Positions 48,022 through 48,510 of a stretch of 48,510 nucleotides of DNA are shown here, piece after piece (within the stretch, counting starts at the first letter, position 1; the number at the start of each line of letters is the position of its first letter). The position numbers and the translations under genes were made by a program. Origin of the DNA: Clostridia bacterium (GTDB lineage Bacteria; Bacillota; Peptococcia; Peptococcales; SKKY01). Below the pieces are notes generated by a model that saw nothing but the letters and a program-made list of their open reading frames with translations, was not told where the DNA came from and searched no databases. Location of the stretch: positions 1-48,510 of the forward strand of contig SKKY01000038.1 of assembly GCA_007123515.1 (NCBI GenBank), given 5' to 3'.

Positions 48022-48510
48022 TAAAAATCATCCTTTTCAATTTCTTCGTTAAAAAGGTGCGCTATTTTTTCTCTTACTTCGCCCTTATTATTGGAAAAAT
48101 ATAGCGCTGCTGCTGTATCATCAGTAAGAGCGTGAATAACATAATGTTCATCTTCAGTAATATCAATCGTAAGTGTACCCGGTGTCAGAGTGATTGAATT
48201 ACCAAGACTTAAATGAGCGAGTGGACTTTTCATTTTTTGTTTAAATGAAACTATTTTAGGATTGATTGGAAGGCGAGGATGCAAAACAACGTATGCAATC
48301 TGGAAATTTGCAATAAAAATCTGCTGGATCAGCCAGACCCAGTATCGTATGTATTTTATAATCGAAAAATCCAGTGCATGAATCTCCTCGGATTTGTCAT
48401 TTTTTGCTAAGACCATCACTCTTGAAAACAAAATTGTGCCAAATAGAGCCGTTAGAAAACCCATAATAACAAATTTTGGCTCATACTTTTCTGACAGAAT
48501 CAGCCAAAAA
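48021..48510 (-). CDS. mnhE: MrpE/MnhE subunit (5' end probably outside the window)
   Basis: The frame stays open from 48464 to the window edge (..FWLILSEKYEPKFVIMGFL..). The ITLTPGT motif typical of MnhE is present. Confidence 0.75.
   Translation of the reverse strand, partial: FWLILSEKYEPKFVIMGFLTALFGTILFSRVMVLAKNDKSEEIHALDFSIIKYIRYWVWLIQQIFIANFQIAYVVLHPRLPINPKIVSFKQKMKSPLAHLSLGNSITLTPGTLTIDITEDEHYVIHALTDDTAAALYFSNNKGEVREKIAHLFNEEIEKDDF

Overview
This is a chromosomal, mostly housekeeping segment of a low-GC Gram-positive bacterium, probably Clostridia/Eubacteriales-like. The lineage call rests on GGAGG Shine-Dalgarno sites, frequent TTG/GTG starts and extended -10 promoters. About 90% of the genes lie on the minus strand.

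Gene content from left to right:
- the 5' tip of a 16S rRNA gene with tandem promoters, then phosphoglucomutase
- a pxpCBA 5-oxoprolinase operon preceded by DUF1445 and DUF4392 genes, which together look like a split D-glutamate-cyclase
- an SGNH hydrolase, a DagK-type lipid kinase and a heterodimeric ABC exporter
- an EAL phosphodiesterase with a C-terminal Cache/PAS-like domain, an EamA transporter and a ZIP transporter
- three flagellar rod genes, an orphan OadA/PycB-like biotin carboxyltransferase, then mbl and murA
- a DUF4127 / CsaB / large membrane protein cell-wall module
- a complete F1Fo ATP synthase operon (atpZ-B-E-F-H-A-G-D-C)
- mnaA, a MazG-like gene, comEB, upp, glyA, a TIGR01440-family gene, ywlE and tsaC
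- a BusR-like GntR/RCK_C regulator
- a 750-bp intergenic region carrying a strong promoter, a terminated ~120-nt RNA and a 49-codon exported-peptide ORF
- an 11-gene split Mrp/Mbh-type cation/proton antiporter cluster that runs off the right edge

The order tsaC-ywlE-ywlG-glyA-upp-atp-murA-mbl-flhO-flhP matches the Bacillus subtilis region as I remember it.

I found no CRISPR array, prophage, transposase or tRNA. The items most worth follow-up are:
- the BusR-like regulator together with TGTATACA palindromes in two promoter spacers
- the divergent RNA/peptide locus
- an atpH (delta) gene with an internally duplicated C-terminal domain
- a 309-nt structured spacer between atpE and atpF
- the split D-glutamate-cyclase-like pair fused to pxpABC

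All family assignments come from motif recognition by eye, not from searches.
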